This document shows positions 1-6,908 of a stretch of 32,000 nt of DNA, piece after piece; position 1 is the stretch's first letter; each line of letters begins with the position of its first letter. The stretch is taken from positions 1,020,001 through 1,052,000 of the forward strand of contig NC_000854.2 in NCBI RefSeq assembly GCF_000011125.1, in the 5' to 3' direction. The translations under genes and the position numbers were made by a program. Source of the DNA: Aeropyrum pernix K1. Its GTDB lineage: Archaea > Thermoproteota > Thermoprotei_A > Sulfolobales > Acidilobaceae. Under the pieces are notes generated by a model. It saw only the letters and a list, made by a program, of their open reading frames with translations, was not told where the DNA came from and did no database searches.

Positions 1-173
1 CGGCCAGAGATGAGAGGCTCCAGCGGCCTCCTCGCAATCCCCTCAATCTCCTCCTCCGGCAGCATGCTCACAATAACTTTGGAAACATCGTCGAACACCC
101 TGCAACAGTCTCCCTCACGCCTCGCCTCATAAACCCTCTCCGCCATAAATATGGCTGCCTGCTGCCCGCCCAT
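1..173 (-). CDS. Hypothetical protein, N-terminal fragment (gene continues past the left edge)
   Basis: A minus-strand frame is open from the window edge to ATG at 173, with a second in-frame ATG at 146. It reads MGGQQAAIFMAERVYEARREGDCCRVFDDVSKVIVSMLPEEEIEGIARRPLEPLISG... Codon style (AGG, GAG, G/C third positions) resembles neighbouring genes. It is absent from the ORF track because its stop lies outside the window. No family recognised. Confidence 0.3.
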   Translation of the reverse strand, partial: MGGQQAAIFMAERVYEARREGDCCRVFDDVSKVIVSMLPEEEIEGIARRPLEPLISG

Positions 174-288
174 GCCGGAACCGTCCCCGAGGACAGGCCT
201 CTCAGCTCCGAATCCGGTGGATAGGCCTAGGCTGGAGCAGCGGGACAGCTTGCACAGTAGGCGTGACAGCCTAGAGGCCTCGAACCCC

Positions 289-978
289 TCAAACCTGCCT
301 TGCCTTCTCCGCTGCTGCCTGGACAATAGATAACACCTCCTCCACCACCGGCCCGAAGGAGTCGGGCCTCGGAGACGCTACCGCGAGGACGAGTCTTCTG
401 CTGGGGACAATAGAGACCCGGAAAACGGCTCCAAGGCGGGCAAGCCTACCCCACAACTCTCTTGCCACGGCCAGTGCATCCCCTTCCGTGGCATAGGCCT
501 CCGCAGCAAGGTCCGGCAGCTTCAGCCTCTGCAGCTTCCTCCTTAGGGGGCTCTGTTTAACATCCTTCTCAACAAGCTGGACAACGTCTATCCCACCACG
601 CCTGTATATGTGGGCTTCGCCCCTGACGCCCAGCGAGTCTCTCGCCTCAACAGCGACTTCCAGCTTCTCACGCCTCCTGAATAGTATTATTATGGGGAGG
701 TAGAAGAAGGCGTGGTACGGTGGAGTTGTGTAGGTTATGTACACCTTCTTTATGGGCCCCCTGTTGACCCAGTACTCCGCTGTAAACCCTACTAGATAGC
801 CGTGCACCACATACCTCCTGTCACGGGGCTTGACGATCTGCTCGAAAAGCTTGACGAGGCTCGACTGCCTCCTGATCATCCTCTTCCTAACCTGGAAGAA
901 CCAGGCCACGCTGGGTAGAGCAGCAAGTATTAGCACCACTATTGCGTTAGCTAGAGTCTCCCCGGTTATCTCCACCAA
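289..978 (-). CDS. Hypothetical membrane-anchored protein (single N-terminal TM helix)
   Basis: 229-codon ORF with a TTG/GTG start. It has an N-terminal hydrophobic helix (ANAIVVLILAALPSVAWFF) followed by a basic stretch and a soluble domain. Amino-acid composition is typical of real genes here. A TATA-like CTTTAATTAGGG lies on the minus strand at about 1043-1054. No family recognised. Confidence 0.55.
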   Translation of the reverse strand: MVEITGETLANAIVVLILAALPSVAWFFQVRKRMIRRQSSLVKLFEQIVKPRDRRYVVHGYLVGFTAEYWVNRGPIKKVYITYTTPPYHAFFYLPIIILFRRREKLEVAVEARDSLGVRGEAHIYRRGGIDVVQLVEKDVKQSPLRRKLQRLKLPDLAAEAYATEGDALAVARELWGRLARLGAVFRVSIVPSRRLVLAVASPRPDSFGPVVEEVLSIVQAAAEKARQV

Positions 979-1050
979 ACCCGCCTCACACCCTCTACAG
1001 GGGGTGTCCGCCCTGAGGCGTACGAGGGCTCCAGCCAGACACCCTAATTA

Positions 1051-1080
1051 AAGTGTGTTGCCTTCGAAGGTTTAACACTT
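1051..1080. repeat. Interrupted palindrome / hairpin downstream of the NFACT gene
   Basis: The sequence is AAGTGT-gttg-CCTTCGAAGG-ttta-ACACTT. The outer 6-nt arms are reverse complements and the inner 10-mer is a perfect palindrome. It lies about 19 nt after the NFACT stop and next to the TATA-like box of the following gene. It may be a terminator hairpin or a protein-binding site. Confidence 0.4.
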
Positions 1081-1098
1081 GTTTTGGGATTCCATGAA

Positions 1099-3051
1099 CT
1101 AGGCCTCTGCAGTAGTGTAGTTTTTCAAAGCGTTCTCGAAGAGCCTGGCATCGCCGGCACCAACCCTTGCCCCGGCGATTCTCAATCTCCCGGGTAGCTT
1201 CTTCTCTATCTCCTCAGGCGGTATAGCCTCTACCTTCAAAGCCTCCTCCTCACCAGCGGCTTTAGCGGTGAGCCGCGAGAGTGTAGACCTAAGTTTCTCC
1301 GCCGCCTCCCCGGGGCTCATGTCCCCCGGGAGTACCGTGGCGTATGCTACTGAGTATCTCGAGACGGCCTCCTCGCTGCCAGCCACTATATAGGGTACAT
1401 CCTTGTGCATAACTATTCCGAGGGCAAGCTTCAGTGGGACATGGTGTATGTAGTTCCTCTTCCCATATACCATGAACGCGCCTCGTGCTAGATACTCTCC
1501 GGCGGGGGGACTCTTTGAAACCTGGCTCCCGTAGACCCAGTAGACGCTCACGCCCCCGGCTCCAGCCTTCCAGGCCCTGCTGTACGCGGCCGCCAGCACA
1601 GCAGCATCATATATGTCATCATCGCCCGGTTGGAGCCTTCTCGTGAGCAGCACAGTCGCCGGCGCCCCATGTATATCCGCGTGGAGGAAAATGTCGTCAT
1701 CCCCCAGGTACCTCTTCACCACACTCTCATTCTGCCCGGCATCCCTCCCACCTATGGCTAGAAAGCCGTTCCTGGTTATCGTCCAATGGTACTTCTCAAA
1801 CCAGAATCTCTTCCGCCCCTCAATAATCCTCCTCAGACTCCTGAGCCTGGCCCTCCTAACAGCCTCCTCCAGCCTAGACCTGGCCTCTGCAAATGCCTTC
1901 TCAGCCCTCTCAGCCTTAGCCTCGAGCTCCCCCGCCTCCCGGTAGAGCCTTAGAATCAGCTTGCCCGCGTCTTCACCCCGCTGCGCCGCCACCCTCAAGC
2001 CACCCAGGTCTAGTAGGACGGTCTTCCCCCTGACCTCCACCACTGGAGCCTCCTTCTCGCCTCTGGCAGCGCTACGGAGAGCCTCGTCGACCTCCTGATA
2101 CGCTGATGCAACCGCCTCCGCGGCTTTCCTCAGCTCCTCCGCCCTCCGCCGGTACTCTTCCGCGAGCTTCATAGCCTCCTCCATGCTCTTTCGCAGCCTT
2201 GCAACTTCAGGATGCTCCACCTCTACGCCGCCTGGGGTGAAGAGCTCGTCCAGCGCGCTGTGGAACGTGGAGTGTTCGTCGCAATGGAGCCTCGTCCTCC
2301 TGAAGGGGTCCGCCTCCAGCCCCCGCTCTCCGCGGCAAAGATAGCCTCTACCCTGTAGCGACTCCTTGTAAATCTCGTTGAGCGCTCTCGCTATGCAGCC
2401 CCACTCGCCGGGCCCCAGCTCTGAGGGCCGGGTTGAGTAGTCCACGCCACACCTGTCTAGAGCCTCTTCTGCAGCCTCGCCTGGCACTTTAGCGCCCCTC
2501 ACAAGCCCCCTGACCGCGTCCGCTCCTCTCGAGGCTAGCTCCGAAAGCTCTCCGGACTCCTTTAGGAACGGGTTTTCCTCCTGCAGGGGCGGCGGCCTGT
2601 ACTGCGTCTTAGGCTTCAACACCCTGTCCCTAAACTCGGCCACAACTGTGGTAGCCTCGATAACGCCCTCACTATTGACGAGGACAAGGCTTCCTCTGGG
2701 CATAATCTCGACGTATAGTCTGTGGCCTGTGGAGAAGGAGAGTTCAACGATCCTGTCGAAGCCGAGCTGCCTGACCCCCTCGAGCCTCGAGCCCCTGACC
2801 CTCTTCCTGAGGATTGCTACGAAGCCTGTGGGGACAACCTCCCTAAGGGCGGCCGTTCTGCTGGTGGCGTGGATTCTCACCGAGGGTTCGGCGATGACGT
2901 TCACAGTGCCAGTGGGGCCCTTAAACTTCATTAAAACGCCCTTCTTCTCGGGCGGCCAGTATATGTTGTCGAGCCTGGCGCCTCTAAGCATATTGTCTAG
3001 CTGGATAGCGGCTATGTGTACGTCAAGACTGTTCATCGACTTCCTAGCCAC
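1099..3051 (-). CDS. NFACT-family RNA-binding protein (Rqc2/NEMF/FbpA homologue, ribosome quality control)
   Basis: 650 aa. It has an N-terminal NFACT-N-like region (SLDVHIAAIQLDNMLRGARLDNIY) and a long central Glu/Arg/Ala-rich coiled coil. The C-terminal NFACT-R/DUF814-like core reads FWFEKYHWTITRNGFLAIGGRDAGQNE...DIFLHADIHGAPATVL. GTG start at 3051, with an alternative ATG at 3036. Confidence 0.85.
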   Translation of the reverse strand: MARKSMNSLDVHIAAIQLDNMLRGARLDNIYWPPEKKGVLMKFKGPTGTVNVIAEPSVRIHATSRTAALREVVPTGFVAILRKRVRGSRLEGVRQLGFDRIVELSFSTGHRLYVEIMPRGSLVLVNSEGVIEATTVVAEFRDRVLKPKTQYRPPPLQEENPFLKESGELSELASRGADAVRGLVRGAKVPGEAAEEALDRCGVDYSTRPSELGPGEWGCIARALNEIYKESLQGRGYLCRGERGLEADPFRRTRLHCDEHSTFHSALDELFTPGGVEVEHPEVARLRKSMEEAMKLAEEYRRRAEELRKAAEAVASAYQEVDEALRSAARGEKEAPVVEVRGKTVLLDLGGLRVAAQRGEDAGKLILRLYREAGELEAKAERAEKAFAEARSRLEEAVRRARLRSLRRIIEGRKRFWFEKYHWTITRNGFLAIGGRDAGQNESVVKRYLGDDDIFLHADIHGAPATVLLTRRLQPGDDDIYDAAVLAAAYSRAWKAGAGGVSVYWVYGSQVSKSPPAGEYLARGAFMVYGKRNYIHHVPLKLALGIVMHKDVPYIVAGSEEAVSRYSVAYATVLPGDMSPGEAAEKLRSTLSRLTAKAAGEEEALKVEAIPPEEIEKKLPGRLRIAGARVGAGDARLFENALKNYTTAEA

Positions 3052-3134
3052 ACCTCCCTCCCTGAAAAACTAGTCTGTCCGCCAGTTCTTAGCCTCGACT
3101 CTTCACTATCCCCGGGGTTCCTCGACAGGCCAGT

Positions 3135-3557
3135 CTAGTCCTTGCCCTTGTACTCTACAACAGCGCCTGTTGCCCAGTCTATGAAGACTACCTCCTTCAC
3201 ACCGACACTCTTTATCTTAGCCTCAACGTCCGCCAGGAGCCTCTTCCATAGACTCCAGTTTATGAATTTACAGTAGTAGCAGCCTGGGTCGCTCCCCGTG
3301 TAGTCGATGAATATAGCGGCTTTCGAGCCGTCGCGGGAGAGCCTTATCCTCTTCACAACACCGGAGGTTACAAGGTCTATGTCAAACCCTGGCACCTCGG
3401 TGGACGCCAAAACTTCTTCAACCTTCTTAAGCGTCGTCACGAGGTTTGCTGGAAGGCCTGCCTGCTGCGGCACAGCCGCTGGCTCGGTGGAGCTGGGCTT
3501 CCTCCCTGCGGAAGCTCCGAAGAGCCTGCCAAGCAGGCTTTTTATACTTCTCTCCAT
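3135..3557 (-). CDS. DUF59/MIP18-family (SufT-like) putative Fe-S cluster assembly protein
   Basis: The C-terminal domain has a DUF59-like layout: FDIDLVTSGVVKRIRLS...AIFIDYTGSDPGCYYC...VKEVVF. The ORF track starts at 3617, but its first 20 codons (ATGTTTATAAGCAAAGATATATTG...) are AT-rich and look like TATA boxes. I therefore prefer ATG at 3557 (MERSIKSLL...). Confidence 0.5.
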   Translation of the reverse strand: MERSIKSLLGRLFGASAGRKPSSTEPAAVPQQAGLPANLVTTLKKVEEVLASTEVPGFDIDLVTSGVVKRIRLSRDGSKAAIFIDYTGSDPGCYYCKFINWSLWKRLLADVEAKIKSVGVKEVVFIDWATGAVVEYKGKD

Positions 3558-3671
3558 ACGTTCAAACCCTTCATAGAGGAGTGTACACTGCCTCAATATA
3601 TCTTTGCTTATAAACATCGCCAGGACCTCGTGCAGCTCAGCCCTTATGAAGCTTCTGCAGCAGCCTCATAG

Positions 3672-4727
3672 TCAACGCTGGCGGCTCTCACCCACCCCCT
3701 CCCTTATTCTCTGATACCGCCTGACAAGCGTTTTCTTGACAGGGACCATTATGACTACGGCCCTTAGAAGCTCGGGTATCCTAGCCACCAGCGACCTAGC
3801 TATGGCCACGGAGGTCCTGAAGGACTTGTCAAGCGTGGCGCGTGCAGGGTACTCTACCCATACTTCCGCCTCCGCGAAGGTGCCATAGGACTCTACTCTT
3901 ATCCTCCTGGGCCTGTAGCCCATTTCAGACAGCACGAGCTCAATTTGCCTTCTAACCCTCGCCCTCTCGTCGCCAGGACCTGGGCCCACTAGGTATAGGA
4001 GGTTCTTCAGTGCGATAGAGCCCAGGCCGTAGAGCAGGTAGAGGCCGACGCCCACGACTATTACCGTCTCGAATACAGTGAGCCCTGTCAAGTTTGTGAC
4101 TATTATCACGGCAGCGCCAGCCTCCTCCAGCAGCACGTCGAGCCTCAGCTTCTCCGCAACGAACTTAAGCGATACAAGCCTAACCTCCAGCCTCTTGAGC
4201 TTGCCGAATAGGTACCTCTCAATGACGTATGACACCAGGCCGCTCACACCTGGATAGAGGGCGAGGAGGATGGGGGTGGGCTCGCTGCCCTTTGAGAACA
4301 GGGCCTTCCACATCACAAACACTACTACCGCGACGCCTACCAACGCCGAGTGGAGGGCCATAAGACTCTCTATCCTCAGTATCTCGAACCTTGCCTTGTA
4401 GTATACCGTCCGGGACGCCGCTATGTTGAAGGCGACCGCAAGGCTGAAGAAGGTTATAGCCTCAACAAACCATACGAAAGCCTCCACCAGGACTACGCTG
4501 CTGGGGAAGACCAGAAGGTACAGTGTAACGCCTGCAGCCGCCATGAGCGCGGATACTATGGCTGACGCGTATATGTATTTTATCAGGTCGGTTGCCTTGA
4601 GGATCTTACGCGCCGAAACGCTGGGCGCCTGAACCCTCCGGGCCCACCTGACGCCAGCAGAGTTCGAGCCATGGCCAGCACCACCCCCCTCGGGGGCCCC
4701 GGCGCCTCTTGCTCTCTCCGCCGCCAC
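3672..4727 (-). CDS. Cation-diffusion-facilitator-like membrane protein (divergent)
   Basis: 351 aa with about 5-6 hydrophobic helices followed by a cytoplasmic alpha/beta C-terminal domain (RRQIELVLSEMGYRPRRIRVESYGTFAEAEVWVEYP...). This is the CDF arrangement. I could not find the canonical H/DxxxD ligand motifs, so the family call is tentative. Confidence 0.45.
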   Translation of the reverse strand: MAAERARGAGAPEGGGAGHGSNSAGVRWARRVQAPSVSARKILKATDLIKYIYASAIVSALMAAAGVTLYLLVFPSSVVLVEAFVWFVEAITFFSLAVAFNIAASRTVYYKARFEILRIESLMALHSALVGVAVVVFVMWKALFSKGSEPTPILLALYPGVSGLVSYVIERYLFGKLKRLEVRLVSLKFVAEKLRLDVLLEEAGAAVIIVTNLTGLTVFETVIVVGVGLYLLYGLGSIALKNLLYLVGPGPGDERARVRRQIELVLSEMGYRPRRIRVESYGTFAEAEVWVEYPARATLDKSFRTSVAIARSLVARIPELLRAVVIMVPVKKTLVRRYQRIREGVGESRQR

Positions 4728-4773
4728 TCCCTCCTTCTCCTCCCGCAGGACTTAGACCCCTAAGCTAACCTAC

Positions 4774-6048
4774 TTAACCAGCCAGGAGGCTAAGAGTTTT
4801 TGGAATAATTCTGTAGCCGCCTATGATCGTTCCCAGCCGTCCTCTGAGGCACACGGTCTCAGAGAACTTTCCAATAGAGCCCTGTATGCTCTGGTGCGAT
4901 ATCATGAGAGGGACTGGATCACCGCTGTGGGCGCCAACATCCCACGGCGTCGCATGGTCGGAGGTAACGACGAACGCAGGCTCCAGGCCAGCGGAACTTA
5001 GCCTGTCCAGCAGAGGGGCGAAGAAGTGTTTGTCTATATCCTCCACGGCCCTGATCTTGCCCTCGAAGCTCCCGTCATGACCGGGCTCGTCCGGCCCCTT
5101 TAGATGCACGTACACTAGATCGTGCGTCTCTAGGGCCTCGACAGCCCTAGCTGCTTCCTCCCTGTACACCTCCTCCCTAGCCCTGCCCTCGATCTCGACT
5201 CGGATATCATCGAGGCCTATATACCTGGATATCCCCCTCTCTACAACCATCTCCACAATACTCGCTCCCCTGAGGCCGAATCTCTCCTGGAAGGATGGCG
5301 GCTTCTCCTCAGGCAAACCACCGGCATCCCGCGACAGTATAGCGTTCGCCTTTAACAGACCCCTCTTCTCCCTAGCCAGGTTCACAGGATGACTGTCCAG
5401 GATCTCCACCGCCTTTAAAGTAAACTCGTTGAGCATCCTGGCAGCAAGCACAGCAGCCTCGTCCTCGACAAGAGGGTTTGAGAGTTTTATGAAGGGCTCG
5501 TACTTCTCGAGGGCAACACTGAACCTCCCCCTCCTCTCATAGGCCGGGTCAGTGTTCGATATAGCGTCGCTAAGCGGCTTGCTCCTGTGCCTAAGAACAA
5601 GCACGCCCCGATGGCCTATAGTAGCCCTAAAGAGCGCTGTCCCCTCCCCATCCTCCAGCTCCATCCCATCCACTGCGGAGGCGAGCTCCCTGGCCTCACG
5701 GGACGTAAGGCTCCTCCCAACCCTCCTGTCTATTATTCTCAGCGTCCCCGGATCGACCGTGGCGAAGTTCGCCCTGAGGGCTATGTCACCCCTCCTCATC
5801 TCTATACCCGCGCCGAAGGCCTCGAGAGGCCCTCTCCCGGGATAGTATTCATCGGGATTATAGCCCAGGAGGCTTAGGGTCGCATAGTCGCTCTGCGGCG
5901 CTACCCCAGGTTTCACCGTGTACACCATTCCGCAGACTGCATGAGAGCCAAGCGAGTCGATGTTTGGCTTGCTTGCCTCCTCCAGCGTCTTACGCGGCGA
6001 GGTCGGCGAGTCCGCGGCCCCGTCCAGAACAATGTACAGAATCTTCAC
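4774..6048 (-). CDS. apgM: 2,3-bisphosphoglycerate-independent phosphoglycerate mutase, archaeal type
   Basis: The family N-terminus is VKILYIVLDGAADSP. Metalloenzyme motifs are present: VYVHLKGPDEPGHDG and VVTSDHATPWDVGAHSGDPVP. I prefer GTG at 6048 (424 aa). The minus-strand ATATTAA box at 6069-6075 lies about 24 nt upstream, which fits a leaderless mRNA. The 80 extra upstream codons in the ORF track are Ser/Pro/Thr/Arg-rich and look non-coding. Confidence 0.85.
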   Translation of the reverse strand: MKILYIVLDGAADSPTSPRKTLEEASKPNIDSLGSHAVCGMVYTVKPGVAPQSDYATLSLLGYNPDEYYPGRGPLEAFGAGIEMRRGDIALRANFATVDPGTLRIIDRRVGRSLTSREARELASAVDGMELEDGEGTALFRATIGHRGVLVLRHRSKPLSDAISNTDPAYERRGRFSVALEKYEPFIKLSNPLVEDEAAVLAARMLNEFTLKAVEILDSHPVNLAREKRGLLKANAILSRDAGGLPEEKPPSFQERFGLRGASIVEMVVERGISRYIGLDDIRVEIEGRAREEVYREEAARAVEALETHDLVYVHLKGPDEPGHDGSFEGKIRAVEDIDKHFFAPLLDRLSSAGLEPAFVVTSDHATPWDVGAHSGDPVPLMISHQSIQGSIGKFSETVCLRGRLGTIIGGYRIIPKTLSLLAG

Positions 6049-6068
6049 AGCCCAGACACCGGAGACCC

Positions 6069-6075
6069 TTAATAT
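6069..6075. promoter_or_regulatory. TATA-like box (TTAATAT), possibly bidirectional
   Basis: This is the only AT-rich element between apgM and the small plus-strand ORF. It lies about 24 nt upstream of the apgM GTG (6048) on the minus strand and about 40 nt upstream of TTG 6113 on the plus strand. Confidence 0.45.
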
Positions 6076-6112
6076 CGGCCCCGAACAATAAGTCTTCGCC
6101 CGGGGCTGTGGG

Positions 6113-6271
6113 TTGAAAGCCAGCGTTAGGAGGCTCACCGGCAACCTCGTTCTGGTTGAGACGGAGCTGGGGCAGAAGTGTGTGGTCCCCGAGAGCGAGC
6201 TGTGTTCCCTCGCCGAGCGTTTTGGTCTGGAGATTGAGGGGCTTGACTGTCCAGCCTCGGGGAAAGCCTGA
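6113..6271 (+). CDS. Possible small protein (52 aa), not in the ORF track
   Basis: A TTG start opens a frame reading LKASVRRLTGNLVLVETELGQKCVVPESELCSLAERFGLEIEGLDCPASGKA, ending at a stop at 6269-6271. Composition (E/L/V/G, AGG Arg codons, G/C third positions) resembles real genes here, unlike the opposite-strand frame. No family recognised. Confidence 0.25.
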   Translation: MKASVRRLTGNLVLVETELGQKCVVPESELCSLAERFGLEIEGLDCPASGKA

Positions 6272-6288
6272 GCTTGGTCTGTCTTCAA

Positions 6289-6330
6289 AACTATATTAGC
6301 CCCAGGCCTATTATGACACTATAATACTAT
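6289..6330 (+). promoter_or_regulatory. AT-rich promoter region upstream of the initiator tRNA
   Basis: TATA-like elements CTATATTAG, CTATTATGA and ACTATAATA lie 15-55 nt upstream of the tRNA 5' end (6344). The two proximal boxes predict a transcription start at about 6339-6348. Confidence 0.5.
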
Positions 6331-6343
6331 GGCGGGGTAGCCT

Positions 6344-6420
6344 AGCGGGGTAGGGTAGCCTGGCAGCCCGCGGGGCTCATAACCCCGAGGTCGGTGGTTC
6401 AAATCCACCCCCCGCTACCA
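6344..6420 (+). tRNA. Initiator tRNA-Met (anticodon CAT), CCA encoded, no intron
   Basis: Manual 77-nt cloverleaf:
- acceptor AGCGGGG/CCCCGCT, giving an A1:U72 pair
- D arm GGGT-AGCCTGGCA-GCCC
- anticodon arm CGGGG-CTCATAA-CCCCG, with three consecutive G:C pairs next to the loop
- variable loop AGGTC
- T arm GGTGG-TTCAAAT-CCACC
- discriminator A, then CCA
A1:U72 plus the GGG/CCC anticodon stem are archaeal/eukaryal initiator hallmarks. Confidence 0.92.
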
Positions 6421-6439
6421 TAAGCGGGGCCCCGCCGCC

Positions 6440-6886
6440 ATGACAAGGGTAGACTGTGGCGGATCGCCCACACCTATCCCGGAGGTCCTCAAACACTATC
6501 CATGGCTACTGCCGATATTCTGGATTATAACCAGAGGTGTGGAAGAGCCGGGCGAGATCACACTCGAGACTGTGTCAGGGAGGCTAGGGGTTCCAAAGAG
6601 GCTGGCCCGCACTCTTGTCCACTATGCTGTTAAGGCTGGGATATTGCATAGGAGCGGCGGCAGCTACAAGGCCTACGCTCCAGCTTGCATCGATGTTATT
6701 GATGTTAGGAGGAAGGGTAGATACTACGCTGCCGTCGTAGGTGATACTGTGTATGTGGCGAAGACGCTCTCCAGAAGGGTTAGGTGGTTCACAGTCCCCA
6801 GGGAGCATATTGGGGAGTTGGAGACGCTGGAGGGGAAGGCGAGGTACAGGGCTGTTGTGGCGAAAAAGGTCCTAGGAGACATGTGA
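6440..6886 (+). CDS. Hypothetical winged-helix (wHTH) DNA-binding protein
   Basis: 148 aa. An HTH-like segment reads ITLETVSGRLGVPKRLARTLVHYAVKAGILHRSGGSYK, followed by a beta-rich C-terminal part. The ATG lies 19 nt after the tRNA CCA, and no TATA-like box lies between them. Confidence 0.55.
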   Translation: MTRVDCGGSPTPIPEVLKHYPWLLPIFWIITRGVEEPGEITLETVSGRLGVPKRLARTLVHYAVKAGILHRSGGSYKAYAPACIDVIDVRRKGRYYAAVVGDTVYVAKTLSRRVRWFTVPREHIGELETLEGKARYRAVVAKKVLGDM

Positions 6887-6908
6887 AAAGGACGTCTCCA
6901 CAGTGCTC

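Noticed and set aside
150-230. A GHMP-kinase-like motif (GDGSGMGGQQAA) in the left-edge minus-strand frame
   Set aside because: The match is imperfect (Ser-Ser replaced by Gly-Gln). It would sit at the extreme N-terminus, and the upstream continuation of the frame is Arg/Ser-rich junk that overlaps the real 3' end of the 289-978 gene.
6049-6288. An 80-codon N-terminal extension of the phosphoglycerate mutase ORF
   Set aside because: The extension is Ser/Pro/Thr/Arg-rich, like out-of-frame translation. It runs across the TATA-like box, and the family N-terminus (KILYIVLDG) begins right at GTG 6048.
6331-6420. A reading of the tRNA as a 90-nt gene with a 13-nt non-canonical intron in the D-arm region
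   Set aside because: Starting at 6344 gives a perfect intron-less 77-nt cloverleaf with a fully paired A1:U72 acceptor stem. The extra 13 nt are better explained as a leader-side partial duplication.
6421-6908. An integrated virus or plasmid at the tRNA gene
   Set aside because: Only one small ORF lies between the tRNA and the conserved aconitase gene. I saw no integrase, no long direct repeat of the tRNA 3' half and no compositional shift. At most this is a tiny remnant.
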